Shown: positions 25,682-36,211 of the stretch, one piece after another
Layout: every line of letters begins with the position of its first letter
Position numbering within the stretch: the stretch's first letter is position 1
Virus record (IMG/VR): IMGVR_UViG_3300033067_001135
Location: 1 to 59,161 of that record
DNA from: a virus
Taxonomy: Duplodnaviria > Caudoviricetes
Length of the DNA: 59,161 bases
Reading direction: 5' to 3' (one strand)
Program-made: the position numbers and the translations under genes
Notes under the pieces: generated by a model
Told to the model about the DNA's origin: nothing
The model's database searches: none
The model's input: only the letters and a program-made list of their open reading frames with translations

Positions 25682-28600
25682 ATGCCCTACGTTCCCGACG
25701 ACAACGAGGCGGCGCTATTGCTCGATTCAGTTGAGGGCGAGCAGGACGCTGGCCGCAAGGCGGTCATGGTCGACCTGTTGGGCCGCTATCGGGATCAGAA
25801 GGCGTCGGCCGGGCTTCAGCCTTTTCAGCCGGACCAGGCGTCGCAGCGCGCCAGTCGCGAACGGCTCGAAGGCATGTTCGGCGGGCTCGACAAGATGGAC
25901 GCCGGGCTGGATCCCGCGCAGAAGTCGGCGTTTGCGACCGCGGTCGACGCGTCGACGGACAAGGATGAGGCGAAGGCGCGCATGGCGAACCAGACCTGGG
26001 TGCTGGCGCAGTATCCGCAACTCGGCGGGGCGGTCGATGCGGACTGGACGACGGTCAAGCATCATGTCGCGAAGGAACTCTTTGGGAACGACGCGCAGGC
26101 CATTCCGGACACGGCGTTCTACGCGCAGATCGGCGGGCACATCAAGAAGCAGAAGGACGAGCGCGACATGCTCGCCGACGTGTTGTCGAAGGTGCAGGTC
26201 GAGGCTGCCAAGGGCACGGGCGACTGGCTCGCTGCCTGGAAGAAGAGCGCGACCGGCATCAGCACGAACGCCGGCTACCAGCCGACGAACTGGGATCGGT
26301 ATCGCCAGGCCGCGAAGAAGGTTTTCGACGACACGCAGCAGTCGATCCAGACGCTCCGTCCTGCGATTGCGGCCGGGCAAGAATACTACCGGCTGGCGAC
26401 GAGCGGGCCGGCGACGCTGCCCGGCAAGAAGGACGACCAGGGCAAGGTCGTGCCGAAGAGTGGTGACGAGATGGACGCTGATTTTCAGCAGGTCGTCACG
26501 GCACGGCAGGCTTTCCTCGGCGAACTGATGCGGTTGCCGGCGGGGCAGCGCGATCAGGCGCTGAACCTCGCGATTGCGGGCGCGGCAGATCTCGCGCCGA
26601 AGACGATGGGTGCGGAAGGGTCGGCCGGCGGGATCGAGAAGACCGCGGTCAGCCTGGAACGCGCCATCGGCAACTTCTTCCCGAATGCCGGCCGGTTCCT
26701 TCTCCAGGGCGTGCGCGCGGCGTCGGAAACCACGCTTCAGGCCAGGAACGCTTATTACGGGGAGGCGGACACCCCACAGCAGTCGGTCTACAACGAGCAG
26801 AACGCGATGCAGCGGACGGACATGTCGGCCGCAATCGACGCCGGCCTGGTCGACGCCGTGGATCCGATCAAGTCGAAGAGCCGGCTGGCGCAGGGTGTCT
26901 ACGACGCGATGCAGTCGATCCCCTACATGATCGCTGCCGGCGCGCAGCCGGAGGTCGGAATCCCGCTGACCTTGGCGGCGATGGCCGAAGACAACCGCCG
27001 GCAGTTCGTGGCGAATGGCGTGCCCCCGCAGGAAGCGGCGACGCTGGCGCTGGCGTCGGCCGTTCCCCAGGTGGCGATCGAGCGGCTTCAGGCGCACATG
27101 CTTTTTCACGGCAAACTGCCGGGCGCGGAGAAGTGGCTGACGAAGGCCGTCGGCTCGAAGCTGCAGCTGGCGACGAAACTCCTGGCGGTCGGCGGGCTCG
27201 AAGCTCTGCACGAAAACGCCGAAGAGGCGCTTCAGGACATTACCCCGCTGGCCTATCAGGAACTGGGGTCGATCCTGTCGAAGGACGTGCCGGACGTGAA
27301 CTGGAAGCAGGAACTGGCGCAGTATGCCGGCCAGCGCGTCGACACGTTCTTCGCACTGCTGCCGATGGTTTTGGTCGGCACGGGCACGGCTTCGTTCAAG
27401 GAATCGGCCTACGGCCGACAATACCTGTCCAGCAAGAACATGCTGAAAGCGGCCGGGTTCACGGATGCCGTGGCCGAAGAGATCTCGCAGACCGCGGTCA
27501 AGGGCGATGTCGAGAAGGCGCAGGCGATGGTGCAATCCGGGTGGGAGGATCCGGAGCAGCGGCCGAAGGCGCAGGTCGAGAAGGACACGGCCGCGGCGAA
27601 GGCCGATGTCGAGGCGGTCGGCAAGTTCAACACGGAAGAGCAGCAGCGCGCGTTCGACGAACTGGACGCGCAGATGAAGGCATCCTGGAACGAGCAAGCG
27701 AACCCGACGGGCGCGCGCGCGATCAAGAACGAGGACGGCACATGGACGGTCGTCGATTCGAAGGATCAGTATGTCGACCAGGCGAATTCCCCGGAGCACG
27801 CGGTCGACCTTGTGAACGAGGTCAATCGGGCCGACTCGGCGAGCCTGACGAATGTCGTCGACGACATGATCGACTATTTTAAGCAGCGCGGCCGGGGCGG
27901 CGAGATCGTCAAGACAGGCGACATCCGGACCGTGCAGGATACGGTGGATGAAGGGCAAATGGCGCAGGACAAGGCGCATCAGTTGGTCAATCTCTACGTC
28001 GAACTGGGCGTCCTGCCGAAGGGCACGACGACGCAGGAAGCGCGCATCTACGGCGAAAGCGCCAAGGTCTACAACGCTCGGCAGAAGGTGTTCGAATACG
28101 TCAGCCGGCTGCACGACGGCGCGGATCCGCTCGTCCTGGTCGAGGAAGAGGCCGAAGGGTATTTCAAGCAGTCGCTGGATAACGGCCTGTTCTCAATCGA
28201 GGATGTCGAGAACTGGCGCGCGGCGGTCGAGGGAAAGCCGGTGCAGCCGAAGGCCGACAAGCAGATGCGGGCCCGGGAGGCGACGGAATGGTTCTCGCGC
28301 TACGCGCAGGCGTATATCACGGGCAAGACGCAGGCGGACGCGCCGGTCCCGCTGACCTTCCGGCGTTGGCTGGACAAGGTGAAGAAGGTCTTCGCGGAGA
28401 TCTTCACGCTCGCGCGCGACCTGATCGAAAAGGAGAAGGCCGGGCAGTTGCCGGACGACTTCAAGAAGCATCTGGCGCGGGCCGTCGGCCTGGACGAGAC
28501 GTTCATCGAAGACCGGATGCGCCAGGAAGAGCGCCAGCAGGCGGCGAAGAGCGCGTCGGGCAACTGGCGCGCGGCCGAAGCACTCCAGGAGATCAAACTT

Positions 28601-31600
28601 CCGACGCCGGGCCGGGAGCAGGCCGGCATGAGTGGCGAACTGCAAAACCTCTGGACGAGCCTGAAGTTCGACCAGCGGATGAAGCTATTCGCGGCGCACG
28701 ACAAATCGCTGGATGCGGTCGCCGAACTGCTGCGCGAGGATTACGGCTTCAGTTGGGTGCAGGGGCCTGACGACGTGGTGAAGCTGGCCGAAGACACGTT
28801 CCTGCACGGGAAGGAGATCACGAGTGATCGGTCGTTCTCGCTTCGCAAAACCCCGGCGATCAAAGGAACGGTTTCCTCGTTCGAAGACAGCGAGACCGGG
28901 AAGACGTTCACGACCGGAAAGCCGGTGGAATTCAATTTCGTCCGCAATCCGGTGAAAGCCCCGAACATGGGCAGTCGCTTCGGCCAGGACATCGAGCCGG
29001 CCGGCAAATACGTTTCCCCGATTTCAAAGGAGACGGCGGTTCTCGACGGCCTGGAATCGGGGACCATTGCCTTCAAAAGCCCGCTTGTCCTGGAATGGAG
29101 TGGCTACGGGTCGGATGGCTGGAAGGCGCGACTGTCCGCGGCCTACGGTGGGAAGACGGGCGCTGCGCTGTCGAAAGCCATCGTTGCATCCGGATATGAT
29201 GGGGTCGTCACGCAGTCGGAGGTCCGCGGGCAAAAGTATGCGTCCGAAGTGGTCGACCTGCGTGGATTCGTGGAAGGCGATCTTCCTGAAGTCACGATGG
29301 CCGTGCGCAAGGGCGACCAGACCGGCGACCTTTTTGACCAGGGCGACATGCCTTTCAACCTGTCCGGCGAGGCGGCGCAGGATCACACGGGCGCGATGGA
29401 CCGGAAGGCCGAAGCGGACCAGGCGAAGTCGAAGGCGACGGCCGCGCAGCAACTGATCGACGACCGGGCCGAATACGACCGCCTGCAGGCCGAACTGAAT
29501 AAGCTCGGGCCGGAGAAGTTCGGCACGCCGGAGTATAACGCGGTCTGGCAGAAGTCCGAAGACATCAAGAACCGGCATGGCGGGATGCCGCCGGGCGAGC
29601 AGGTCGGGGGATCGACCTACGCGGTCCGGCAGACGGAGCGTCCGGAATTCAAGAAGTGGTTCGGCGACTCGAAGGTTGTCGACGAAAAGGGCAATCCTTT
29701 GGTCGTCTATCACGGTTCGCCTGAAGCGACGTTTTCCGAGTTCCGCGGGAGCGAGGCCGAAAAGGGCGGTCTGTTCTTCACGGACAGTCCGGCCGTCGCG
29801 GAGGGCTATCACGCGAATCGCGGCGCGTGGATGTCGCCGGGCAAGGCGTCCGGGACGTTCCCGGTCTACCTGTCGTTGCAGAATCCGCTGGTGATCGACG
29901 CGCTCGGCAAGCGGCACGACAACATCCCGGTTCCGTGGCAGCCGTGGCAGCAGAAGGTCTTCGGCCGGCTGCCGAAGAACGCGGTGAACGTGCGCGATGC
30001 GCTGGTCTACGCGCGCGAGCACGGGCATGACGGGGTGATCGTGAAGAATGTTCACGACACGGCAGATCAGTATGAGCAAGGGAAGTCGACGGTCTATGGC
30101 GTCGTGAAGCCGACGCAGATCAAGTCGGCGATTGCGAACCGCGGCGTCTTTGATCCGAACAATCCGGACATTACTTATTCGCTGAAGACGACTTGGAACG
30201 AGGCGCACGGCGCGAGCGGGGACCGCGAAGGCGTCCTGGGCACGGTCAGCGCCAGCGGCAACGTCGTCGCGAAGCGTGGTGATCTCTACGAGGCCAGTCA
30301 TGCGTCGATGGGTCTCTACACGCGCAACGGCGTGCCGTGGCGTTACAGCAAAAAGACGCAGGCGGTCTACTGGTGGGGGAACGCTGATGAAGTGCAGCGC
30401 GAGAACGTCACGGCTCGTCTCATGAAGATGGGCTACGAGGTGAAGGCGCAGAAGATGATCAGCGACGCCAGCACGCCGGAGTTCCGGGAGTCGCACGAAA
30501 GTCGGCGGCCGTCCGCGCTGACGGTCGACGGGCATGGCGACGAGTGGATCGTCCGGGACGCCGACACGGGTTCCGGGGTGCATCCGGCTTTCAAGACCGA
30601 AGCGGAGGCGAAGGCATGGATGAACGAGAACTGGGATCGCCTGGTCGAGCCGTCGGAACCGGACACGTTTGCGCTGCGCCGGCAGACGGAGACGCCGGAG
30701 TTCAAAGCCTGGTTTGGGGATTCGAAGGTCGTCGACGAGGCCGGGCAACCGAAGGTTCTTTATCATGGGACCGGCGCGAAGGATTACGCGTGGGATGACA
30801 ACGGCCGGCGTGTTCCTGTGAATTTTCCGTTCACGAAGTTCGACAAGGACATGCCAGGGTCGAAGACGGACGAAGGGTATTTGGGTCGCGGGTTCTACTT
30901 TTCGGATCGGCCGGACATCGCCGGCTGGTATGGGAACATGACGACGAGCGAATCCGAGGCGGCGATGAAGCAGGCCGGCGATCAACCCTGGGGGGTGCAT
31001 CCGAAGATGAAGGGCAGCGCAATCGGTGCGTTCTTCCTTAGCCTGAGAAATCCCCTGGTGATAGAAGAGGCGGGGCAGAACGAATCTGCGTTCGACAAGC
31101 GGCGCGACATGCAGGCGGCGCTCGGTCTGGATCCCGGCGCGAACTGGGATGTGAATTATCTCACGTTCAAGTTGAAGGATGCCGGGTATGACGGGGTGAT
31201 TTATCGCTTCAAGAAAGGAGGCATGGAGGCGGTGGCTTTTGAGCCGGAGCAGATCAAGAGCGCGACGGGCAACCGCGGGACGTTCGACGCCAGCAATCCG
31301 GATATTACCTTCGCGCTGCGGCCGGCTGCGAACGGCGACCTGATCGCGGTTCACAACACGAACGCCGAAAAACTGAAACTGATCGACGAACTGGGCGGGC
31401 TGGCCGTCCCGTCGGTGGCGATCATCAAGCACGGCACGTCGGAATACGACTCGTTCGGCGACATCACGCTGATTGCGCCGAAGAGTCTGGTCGACCCGAA
31501 GAAGTCGGCGAAGGCCAAGGTGTTCAACACGGACATCTATTCGCCCCGCTTCCCGAACACGCGGTTCGATGTGAGCCTGCCGAACCTGCGGAAGGCGTGG

Positions 31601-34600
31601 AAGGATTTGGGCGACGCGAGCGAAGCGATTGGCGTCGGCAGTCTTTCGTCGGAAATCGACCATGACGAGGTTGAGCGCGAGGGGCTGGACGCTTTCGAGA
31701 AGGCGACGGCCGTGAAGTATGCTTTCCTGAAGGAACAGGGCCAGGTTCCGGACCTGAAGAACAAGCCGACGGAGACGCCGAAGGAGTGGGCCGCGGCGTG
31801 GGCCCGGGCTAAGACGAAATGGGAACTGGCGGACGATCCGGCTTTCCAGCAGGCGGCGCTCGAACACTTCAAAGAGGTTTACAAGGATCACCCCGATCTC
31901 TTGGCGGATATGGTCGACGAGGAAGGCAAACTGATGTCGAACCCGATCAATCGGTTCGCCGACGATGTGTTCACGACGAACAATCCGGAGGTCGACCGCT
32001 ACAGTTCGGGCCAGGCGATGAGTGATCAGATCAACAACCTCGGGCTGCGCGCCAAGTTCGAGTCCTGGGTGAAGTCGCGGTTTAGCGACGTGATCAAGCG
32101 CAAGGTGATTCGCGACTACAACGAGCGGACGGAGAAATGGGCGACGCGTCCCTACGATCTCGACACGGTGGTCAGCATCATGAAGCGGGGCCTTCAGGAT
32201 TCCGAAGGGTTCGACTACGGCGGCGCGTCCATCCGGGCGAACTACGCGCAGCAGTTTTCGTCCTTGGCTGAGATGAAGGATCTGGCGGGCTCGATCGTGT
32301 CCGACGAGGACATCAAGCGGCTGAAGGAACAGACGAACGACGAGTTCAACAGCCTGGCGACCGAACTCGCGCCATACTATCGGTTCGACACGAAACGCTT
32401 CGGGTATCTTGACCAGGTTGCGTCGGCGATGAAGCGGTTGGGCAAGTTCAACGGCGAAAAGCTGTGGGCTGAAGACTTCAAGCCGGTGCCGGCGGAACTG
32501 ATGGGCAAGGTCCGGGCGTTCCTCGCGATGCTCCGCGACGCGCCTACGGAGTATTTCGAGGCGAAGGTGCAGCGCGGCGTGAAGTTGTCCGAGATTGCCG
32601 GCGCGGTGATCCCCAGTGATTCGACGGAGGACGTGCGCGACATCCTCGCGCGCGCGGGCGTGCCGGTGGTCGAATACAAGCGTTCCGACCTGAAGGCGCG
32701 GGCGGCGGCCGTGGCGAATTTCGGCGACGAGTCGTGGGCGTTGGGGACCGGCAAGCGGGCGGAAGACGTGCAGGACGCGATGCGCGAGCGGAAGATCGGC
32801 ATCCGGGTGCAGGATTCGCCTGACTTCGCGCAGGAAGTGAAGGACATGGTGGGCCGGCCGGAATACGCCGTCCGCGGGATGACCGTGAACGAGCGCGAGG
32901 CGAAGAAGATCATCGCCGAACATGACGGCAACCTGGCGAAGCTCGTCCAGGTGCTCGCTGATCCGACGCAGACCTTTCATCCGGCGACGAAGGTCGCGCT
33001 GGCGTTCTTCGTGGCTGAGTCGGCGAACAAGGTGGGCGATTTCGCGACGGCCGCGGAAGTCGCCAAGCAGGCGGCGATGGAGGCGACGAGCCTGGGCCAG
33101 GGCGTCAACGAATTGAAGCGGTGGTCGATCTTCTCGCAGCCGGAGACGGCGCAGCAACTTCTCCAGGGCGAGATCGAAAAGGAGAACAACCGGCGCAAAG
33201 AGCGCGAGCCGGCGATCAAGGCCGTGCAGGACGTTTACGCCGAAGTGCAGCGGGAGGCGCGCAAACTCCTCCGGCAGTGGCTGGACGAGATCAACGGTGT
33301 CGCTGGCAAGGACGCCGCGGAGATCGAGCCGGTCGACGTATCTTCGCTTCCGGATGTGACGTTCGCGCTCCGGGCGGACGTTCGCGAGTCGGGCATCGTG
33401 CAGGTCGTGGCGAAGATGCTGAAGAAGAGCGGCGCGGAGGCGACGGAGAGGGCGCTGGTCGAGAAATACGGCCAGGCGGTCGAGGCGCACATCCCGGACA
33501 TCCTGATCGAAGCGCAGCGCAGCCTGATGAAGCGCGACGGCAAGGGTGAAAAGAAGTTCAAGACCCGGATCCCGGTCCTGTCCGACGAGCAGATCGAACA
33601 CACCCTGCGGTCGACGCGTGGGAAGGTCGAAGAGCAGGCGACGATGCCGACGGTCGAGGAACTGAAGGCGAAGGGCATGTCCGACGACCAGGTTGAAGAG
33701 ACGCTTCGCCAGTTCCGGAATCGCCAGGAATCGCAGGCCGACCTGATCCCGAAGGACGAGCCGGCCGGCGGCCGGCTGACGCCGGAGCAGATCGACGCTG
33801 CCATGCAGGCCGCTGCCAAGGGTGGCGCGCAGGGAGCGCAGACGTTCGCCGATATGCCGGAACTCTACGACCGGCTGTTCGAACACCTAATGCTGCGGAT
33901 CAAAGAGAAGGTCGAGGGCGAGCAAAACGTCCCGGTCCCGCGTGGCATCAAAGAGCAGATCGGCGAGATCCTGAATCGGCACGGCCTGAAGGCGACGGAG
34001 GACGACGTGAAGCGGATCATCGGCGCGCGCCAGTTGCTGCCGAACATGACGCCAGCGCAGGCCGAAGACCTGGCGAATTTCGCGCGCCGGATCGCCAGCA
34101 CGCCGCTCGGCTCGTTCGAGCGCGGGCAGCAGACGATGGAACTCTTCAGCTACGTTCACGACCAGCTTCAGCCCTACGATCTTGTCGATGTGGCGTTCGG
34201 GCTTTGGTATGCGAACGTCCTGTCGTCCCTGCTGACGACGGCTAGGAACGTCGCCGGCAACGCGTCGATGCTCTTCCTGGACCAGGCGGCTGAAACCCTC
34301 TTCCGCAATCCGGCCAGCTATTTCCCGTATATCGAGCAACTGGCGAAGGCGACGGGCGAAAGCATCGAGGCGTCGACCAGCCAAGGGAAGAACACGATGA
34401 AGACCGGCCAGGAAGGGCTGACGCGCAGCCTGTCGCTGGGCGACGAGCGCCGGCAGGGCGTCCTGGAGTCGAAAACCGCCCCGTTGCAGACGATGCGCTT
34501 GATCAGCCGGGTGGCGACGCGCTTCCTTTCGGTGCAGGATCTGTTCTTCGCGAACACGGCCTACGAGATGAAGGCGCGGCAACTGGCCTGGGATCAGGCA

Positions 34601-36154
34601 CGCAAAGAGGCCGGCACGGGCAAGATCAAGCCGGAGCAGGTCGAGGAACGCGTGTCGCGGTTACTCAACCAGGCGACGGACCAGATCCAGACGTTCACCG
34701 ATCGGGCCCGGGTGGAGTGGCAGAATCTGACGCCGGAGATCAGGGCGAACTACGACGAAGCCAACTGGCAGAAGCGTCGGGTTAAGGAATTGCAGATGTT
34801 CGAGCGCGACAAGCAGTTGGTCAGCCGGTCGCTGGATTTCGCGCAGAAGGTCACGCTCGACTACGAGCCGGAGGGCCTGATGGGGCTGCTGCTCGGCGGG
34901 TTGAGCCGCGTCTTCACGACGGCCGAAAACGCCGCGGCGCAGGTGCAGAACCCGAAGGTCAAGATGCTGACGAAGGCGGCGGCGAAGTATGGCCGGACCA
35001 GGGTGATCCCGTTCATGCGCGTGCCGGTCAACGTCTTCAACCGGGCGCTGGACTACGGGCCGGTCGGCTACGGCCGCGCGCTGATGGACGCCGCGGGCAT
35101 CCCGGTGATCCAAGGCACGAAGACGCGCGTCCGCACGGCCGACGAGCGGGCGGACCTGTTGAAGCGGGCGACGCTCGGCACGATGGCGCTGCTGCCGCTG
35201 GCGATCCTCGCCCGGCCGCCGTCGCCGGACGACGAACCGGAGGAATTTCCCTGGTTGCAGATTCACAGCGCCGGATCCGGGAACCCGAACACGAACATCG
35301 CGCTCAACGGGCCGAAGTATCGCCCCTACTCGATTGAGATCCGGGCCGGCGGCAACCAGACGTTCATCGACTACCGGATGTTTCCGCTCGCCCCCTACCT
35401 GGCAGCAATCGGGTCGCTGCACGACCGCACGCGTTACAAGAAGGCGATGGACGACAAGTCGGCGCTCGTGCAGGGCTGGATCATCGCGCAGGCGATGAAA
35501 GAGAGTTTCATGTCGAGTTCGCCGATCACGTCGCTGCGGGAGTTGAGCGAAGCCGCGGCCGAAAACCAGCCGATGTCGGAGCGGTCGGTGAACCGCACGC
35601 TGGCGCGCGGGTCGGTCGGCATCGCCGGCAACCTGATCCCGCTGTCCGGCCTGTGGCGGTCGCTCGACCAGCTTGCGGGCGGGGACCGGAACACGCGCGA
35701 CACGCTGCTGGCCGCGTCGATGGCGGAAATCCCGGTCGCGGGCCGGCTGAACGTGCCGTCGGTCGATGTCCTGGGCGACAACATGTCGTCGCGCGCGGGG
35801 ATCGGCTGGCTCGCCGACTGGTCGAAGCGAGAGACGCCGGAGTCGCGCATCTACGCAGCCTTTGCGGAGAAGGACGTGACGCCGACGGACATCTCGCGCT
35901 ACCAGTCGAAGATGACGCCGGAAGAGTATTACGCATTCGCGCAGGCGCGCGGGAAACTGCTGAAGGAGACCCTGCTGTCGCCGAACGAGGAAGGGCAGTT
36001 GGGCCTGGATCACCTGCTCGAACTGAGCGACAAGGCGAAGACGAAGGACGAGGATTCTCCCGCGAAGAAATACCTGATGCGGATCAGCCGCTCGGCGACG
36101 CGGCGGGCGCTTGTGCAGGTCGGCGCGAAGGTGCCGGCGGAAGTCGAGCCGTGA
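25682..36154 (+). CDS. Giant (3490 aa) ejection/polyvalent protein with several ADP-ribosyltransferase-like domains
   Basis: gp16 position. Two (E/T)xPEFKxWFGDSKVVDExGxPxVxYHG...G.(F/Y)F(T/S)D...LxNPLVI...G(H/Y)DGVI...QIKSA..NRG.FD domains, a third related domain at 28847-29290, a degenerate zincin-like segment, and a C-terminal PFMRVPVN...RPYSI region. Confidence 0.85.
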   Translation: MPYVPDDNEAALLLDSVEGEQDAGRKAVMVDLLGRYRDQKASAGLQPFQPDQASQRASRERLEGMFGGLDKMDAGLDPAQKSAFATAVDASTDKDEAKARMANQTWVLAQYPQLGGAVDADWTTVKHHVAKELFGNDAQAIPDTAFYAQIGGHIKKQKDERDMLADVLSKVQVEAAKGTGDWLAAWKKSATGISTNAGYQPTNWDRYRQAAKKVFDDTQQSIQTLRPAIAAGQEYYRLATSGPATLPGKKDDQGKVVPKSGDEMDADFQQVVTARQAFLGELMRLPAGQRDQALNLAIAGAADLAPKTMGAEGSAGGIEKTAVSLERAIGNFFPNAGRFLLQGVRAASETTLQARNAYYGEADTPQQSVYNEQNAMQRTDMSAAIDAGLVDAVDPIKSKSRLAQGVYDAMQSIPYMIAAGAQPEVGIPLTLAAMAEDNRRQFVANGVPPQEAATLALASAVPQVAIERLQAHMLFHGKLPGAEKWLTKAVGSKLQLATKLLAVGGLEALHENAEEALQDITPLAYQELGSILSKDVPDVNWKQELAQYAGQRVDTFFALLPMVLVGTGTASFKESAYGRQYLSSKNMLKAAGFTDAVAEEISQTAVKGDVEKAQAMVQSGWEDPEQRPKAQVEKDTAAAKADVEAVGKFNTEEQQRAFDELDAQMKASWNEQANPTGARAIKNEDGTWTVVDSKDQYVDQANSPEHAVDLVNEVNRADSASLTNVVDDMIDYFKQRGRGGEIVKTGDIRTVQDTVDEGQMAQDKAHQLVNLYVELGVLPKGTTTQEARIYGESAKVYNARQKVFEYVSRLHDGADPLVLVEEEAEGYFKQSLDNGLFSIEDVENWRAAVEGKPVQPKADKQMRAREATEWFSRYAQAYITGKTQADAPVPLTFRRWLDKVKKVFAEIFTLARDLIEKEKAGQLPDDFKKHLARAVGLDETFIEDRMRQEERQQAAKSASGNWRAAEALQEIKLPTPGREQAGMSGELQNLWTSLKFDQRMKLFAAHDKSLDAVAELLREDYGFSWVQGPDDVVKLAEDTFLHGKEITSDRSFSLRKTPAIKGTVSSFEDSETGKTFTTGKPVEFNFVRNPVKAPNMGSRFGQDIEPAGKYVSPISKETAVLDGLESGTIAFKSPLVLEWSGYGSDGWKARLSAAYGGKTGAALSKAIVASGYDGVVTQSEVRGQKYASEVVDLRGFVEGDLPEVTMAVRKGDQTGDLFDQGDMPFNLSGEAAQDHTGAMDRKAEADQAKSKATAAQQLIDDRAEYDRLQAELNKLGPEKFGTPEYNAVWQKSEDIKNRHGGMPPGEQVGGSTYAVRQTERPEFKKWFGDSKVVDEKGNPLVVYHGSPEATFSEFRGSEAEKGGLFFTDSPAVAEGYHANRGAWMSPGKASGTFPVYLSLQNPLVIDALGKRHDNIPVPWQPWQQKVFGRLPKNAVNVRDALVYAREHGHDGVIVKNVHDTADQYEQGKSTVYGVVKPTQIKSAIANRGVFDPNNPDITYSLKTTWNEAHGASGDREGVLGTVSASGNVVAKRGDLYEASHASMGLYTRNGVPWRYSKKTQAVYWWGNADEVQRENVTARLMKMGYEVKAQKMISDASTPEFRESHESRRPSALTVDGHGDEWIVRDADTGSGVHPAFKTEAEAKAWMNENWDRLVEPSEPDTFALRRQTETPEFKAWFGDSKVVDEAGQPKVLYHGTGAKDYAWDDNGRRVPVNFPFTKFDKDMPGSKTDEGYLGRGFYFSDRPDIAGWYGNMTTSESEAAMKQAGDQPWGVHPKMKGSAIGAFFLSLRNPLVIEEAGQNESAFDKRRDMQAALGLDPGANWDVNYLTFKLKDAGYDGVIYRFKKGGMEAVAFEPEQIKSATGNRGTFDASNPDITFALRPAANGDLIAVHNTNAEKLKLIDELGGLAVPSVAIIKHGTSEYDSFGDITLIAPKSLVDPKKSAKAKVFNTDIYSPRFPNTRFDVSLPNLRKAWKDLGDASEAIGVGSLSSEIDHDEVEREGLDAFEKATAVKYAFLKEQGQVPDLKNKPTETPKEWAAAWARAKTKWELADDPAFQQAALEHFKEVYKDHPDLLADMVDEEGKLMSNPINRFADDVFTTNNPEVDRYSSGQAMSDQINNLGLRAKFESWVKSRFSDVIKRKVIRDYNERTEKWATRPYDLDTVVSIMKRGLQDSEGFDYGGASIRANYAQQFSSLAEMKDLAGSIVSDEDIKRLKEQTNDEFNSLATELAPYYRFDTKRFGYLDQVASAMKRLGKFNGEKLWAEDFKPVPAELMGKVRAFLAMLRDAPTEYFEAKVQRGVKLSEIAGAVIPSDSTEDVRDILARAGVPVVEYKRSDLKARAAAVANFGDESWALGTGKRAEDVQDAMRERKIGIRVQDSPDFAQEVKDMVGRPEYAVRGMTVNEREAKKIIAEHDGNLAKLVQVLADPTQTFHPATKVALAFFVAESANKVGDFATAAEVAKQAAMEATSLGQGVNELKRWSIFSQPETAQQLLQGEIEKENNRRKEREPAIKAVQDVYAEVQREARKLLRQWLDEINGVAGKDAAEIEPVDVSSLPDVTFALRADVRESGIVQVVAKMLKKSGAEATERALVEKYGQAVEAHIPDILIEAQRSLMKRDGKGEKKFKTRIPVLSDEQIEHTLRSTRGKVEEQATMPTVEELKAKGMSDDQVEETLRQFRNRQESQADLIPKDEPAGGRLTPEQIDAAMQAAAKGGAQGAQTFADMPELYDRLFEHLMLRIKEKVEGEQNVPVPRGIKEQIGEILNRHGLKATEDDVKRIIGARQLLPNMTPAQAEDLANFARRIASTPLGSFERGQQTMELFSYVHDQLQPYDLVDVAFGLWYANVLSSLLTTARNVAGNASMLFLDQAAETLFRNPASYFPYIEQLAKATGESIEASTSQGKNTMKTGQEGLTRSLSLGDERRQGVLESKTAPLQTMRLISRVATRFLSVQDLFFANTAYEMKARQLAWDQARKEAGTGKIKPEQVEERVSRLLNQATDQIQTFTDRARVEWQNLTPEIRANYDEANWQKRRVKELQMFERDKQLVSRSLDFAQKVTLDYEPEGLMGLLLGGLSRVFTTAENAAAQVQNPKVKMLTKAAAKYGRTRVIPFMRVPVNVFNRALDYGPVGYGRALMDAAGIPVIQGTKTRVRTADERADLLKRATLGTMALLPLAILARPPSPDDEPEEFPWLQIHSAGSGNPNTNIALNGPKYRPYSIEIRAGGNQTFIDYRMFPLAPYLAAIGSLHDRTRYKKAMDDKSALVQGWIIAQAMKESFMSSSPITSLRELSEAAAENQPMSERSVNRTLARGSVGIAGNLIPLSGLWRSLDQLAGGDRNTRDTLLAASMAEIPVAGRLNVPSVDVLGDNMSSRAGIGWLADWSKRETPESRIYAAFAEKDVTPTDISRYQSKMTPEEYYAFAQARGKLLKETLLSPNEEGQLGLDHLLELSDKAKTKDEDSPAKKYLMRISRSATRRALVQVGAKVPAEVEP

Positions 36155-36171
36155 CCGGATGGGGTTTTGGC

Positions 36172-36201
36172 TTGCCTGACGATACGGTGATCACCTACTC
36201 C
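36172..36201 (+). promoter_or_regulatory. sigma70-like promoter of the tail-fibre/lysis operon
   Basis: TTGCCT-N18-TACTCC after the giant gene. Confidence 0.45.
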
Positions 36202-36211
36202 TTCGCACAGA

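Noticed and set aside
29024-33886. 1620-aa minus-strand ORF, and similar long antisense ORFs (25727..28114, 10430..12082, 44108..45958, 7703..9247, 36398..38005)
   Set aside because: They mirror well-supported + strand genes, have Arg/Leu/Val-rich shadow composition and no motifs. Such open antisense frames are expected from strong GC3 bias.
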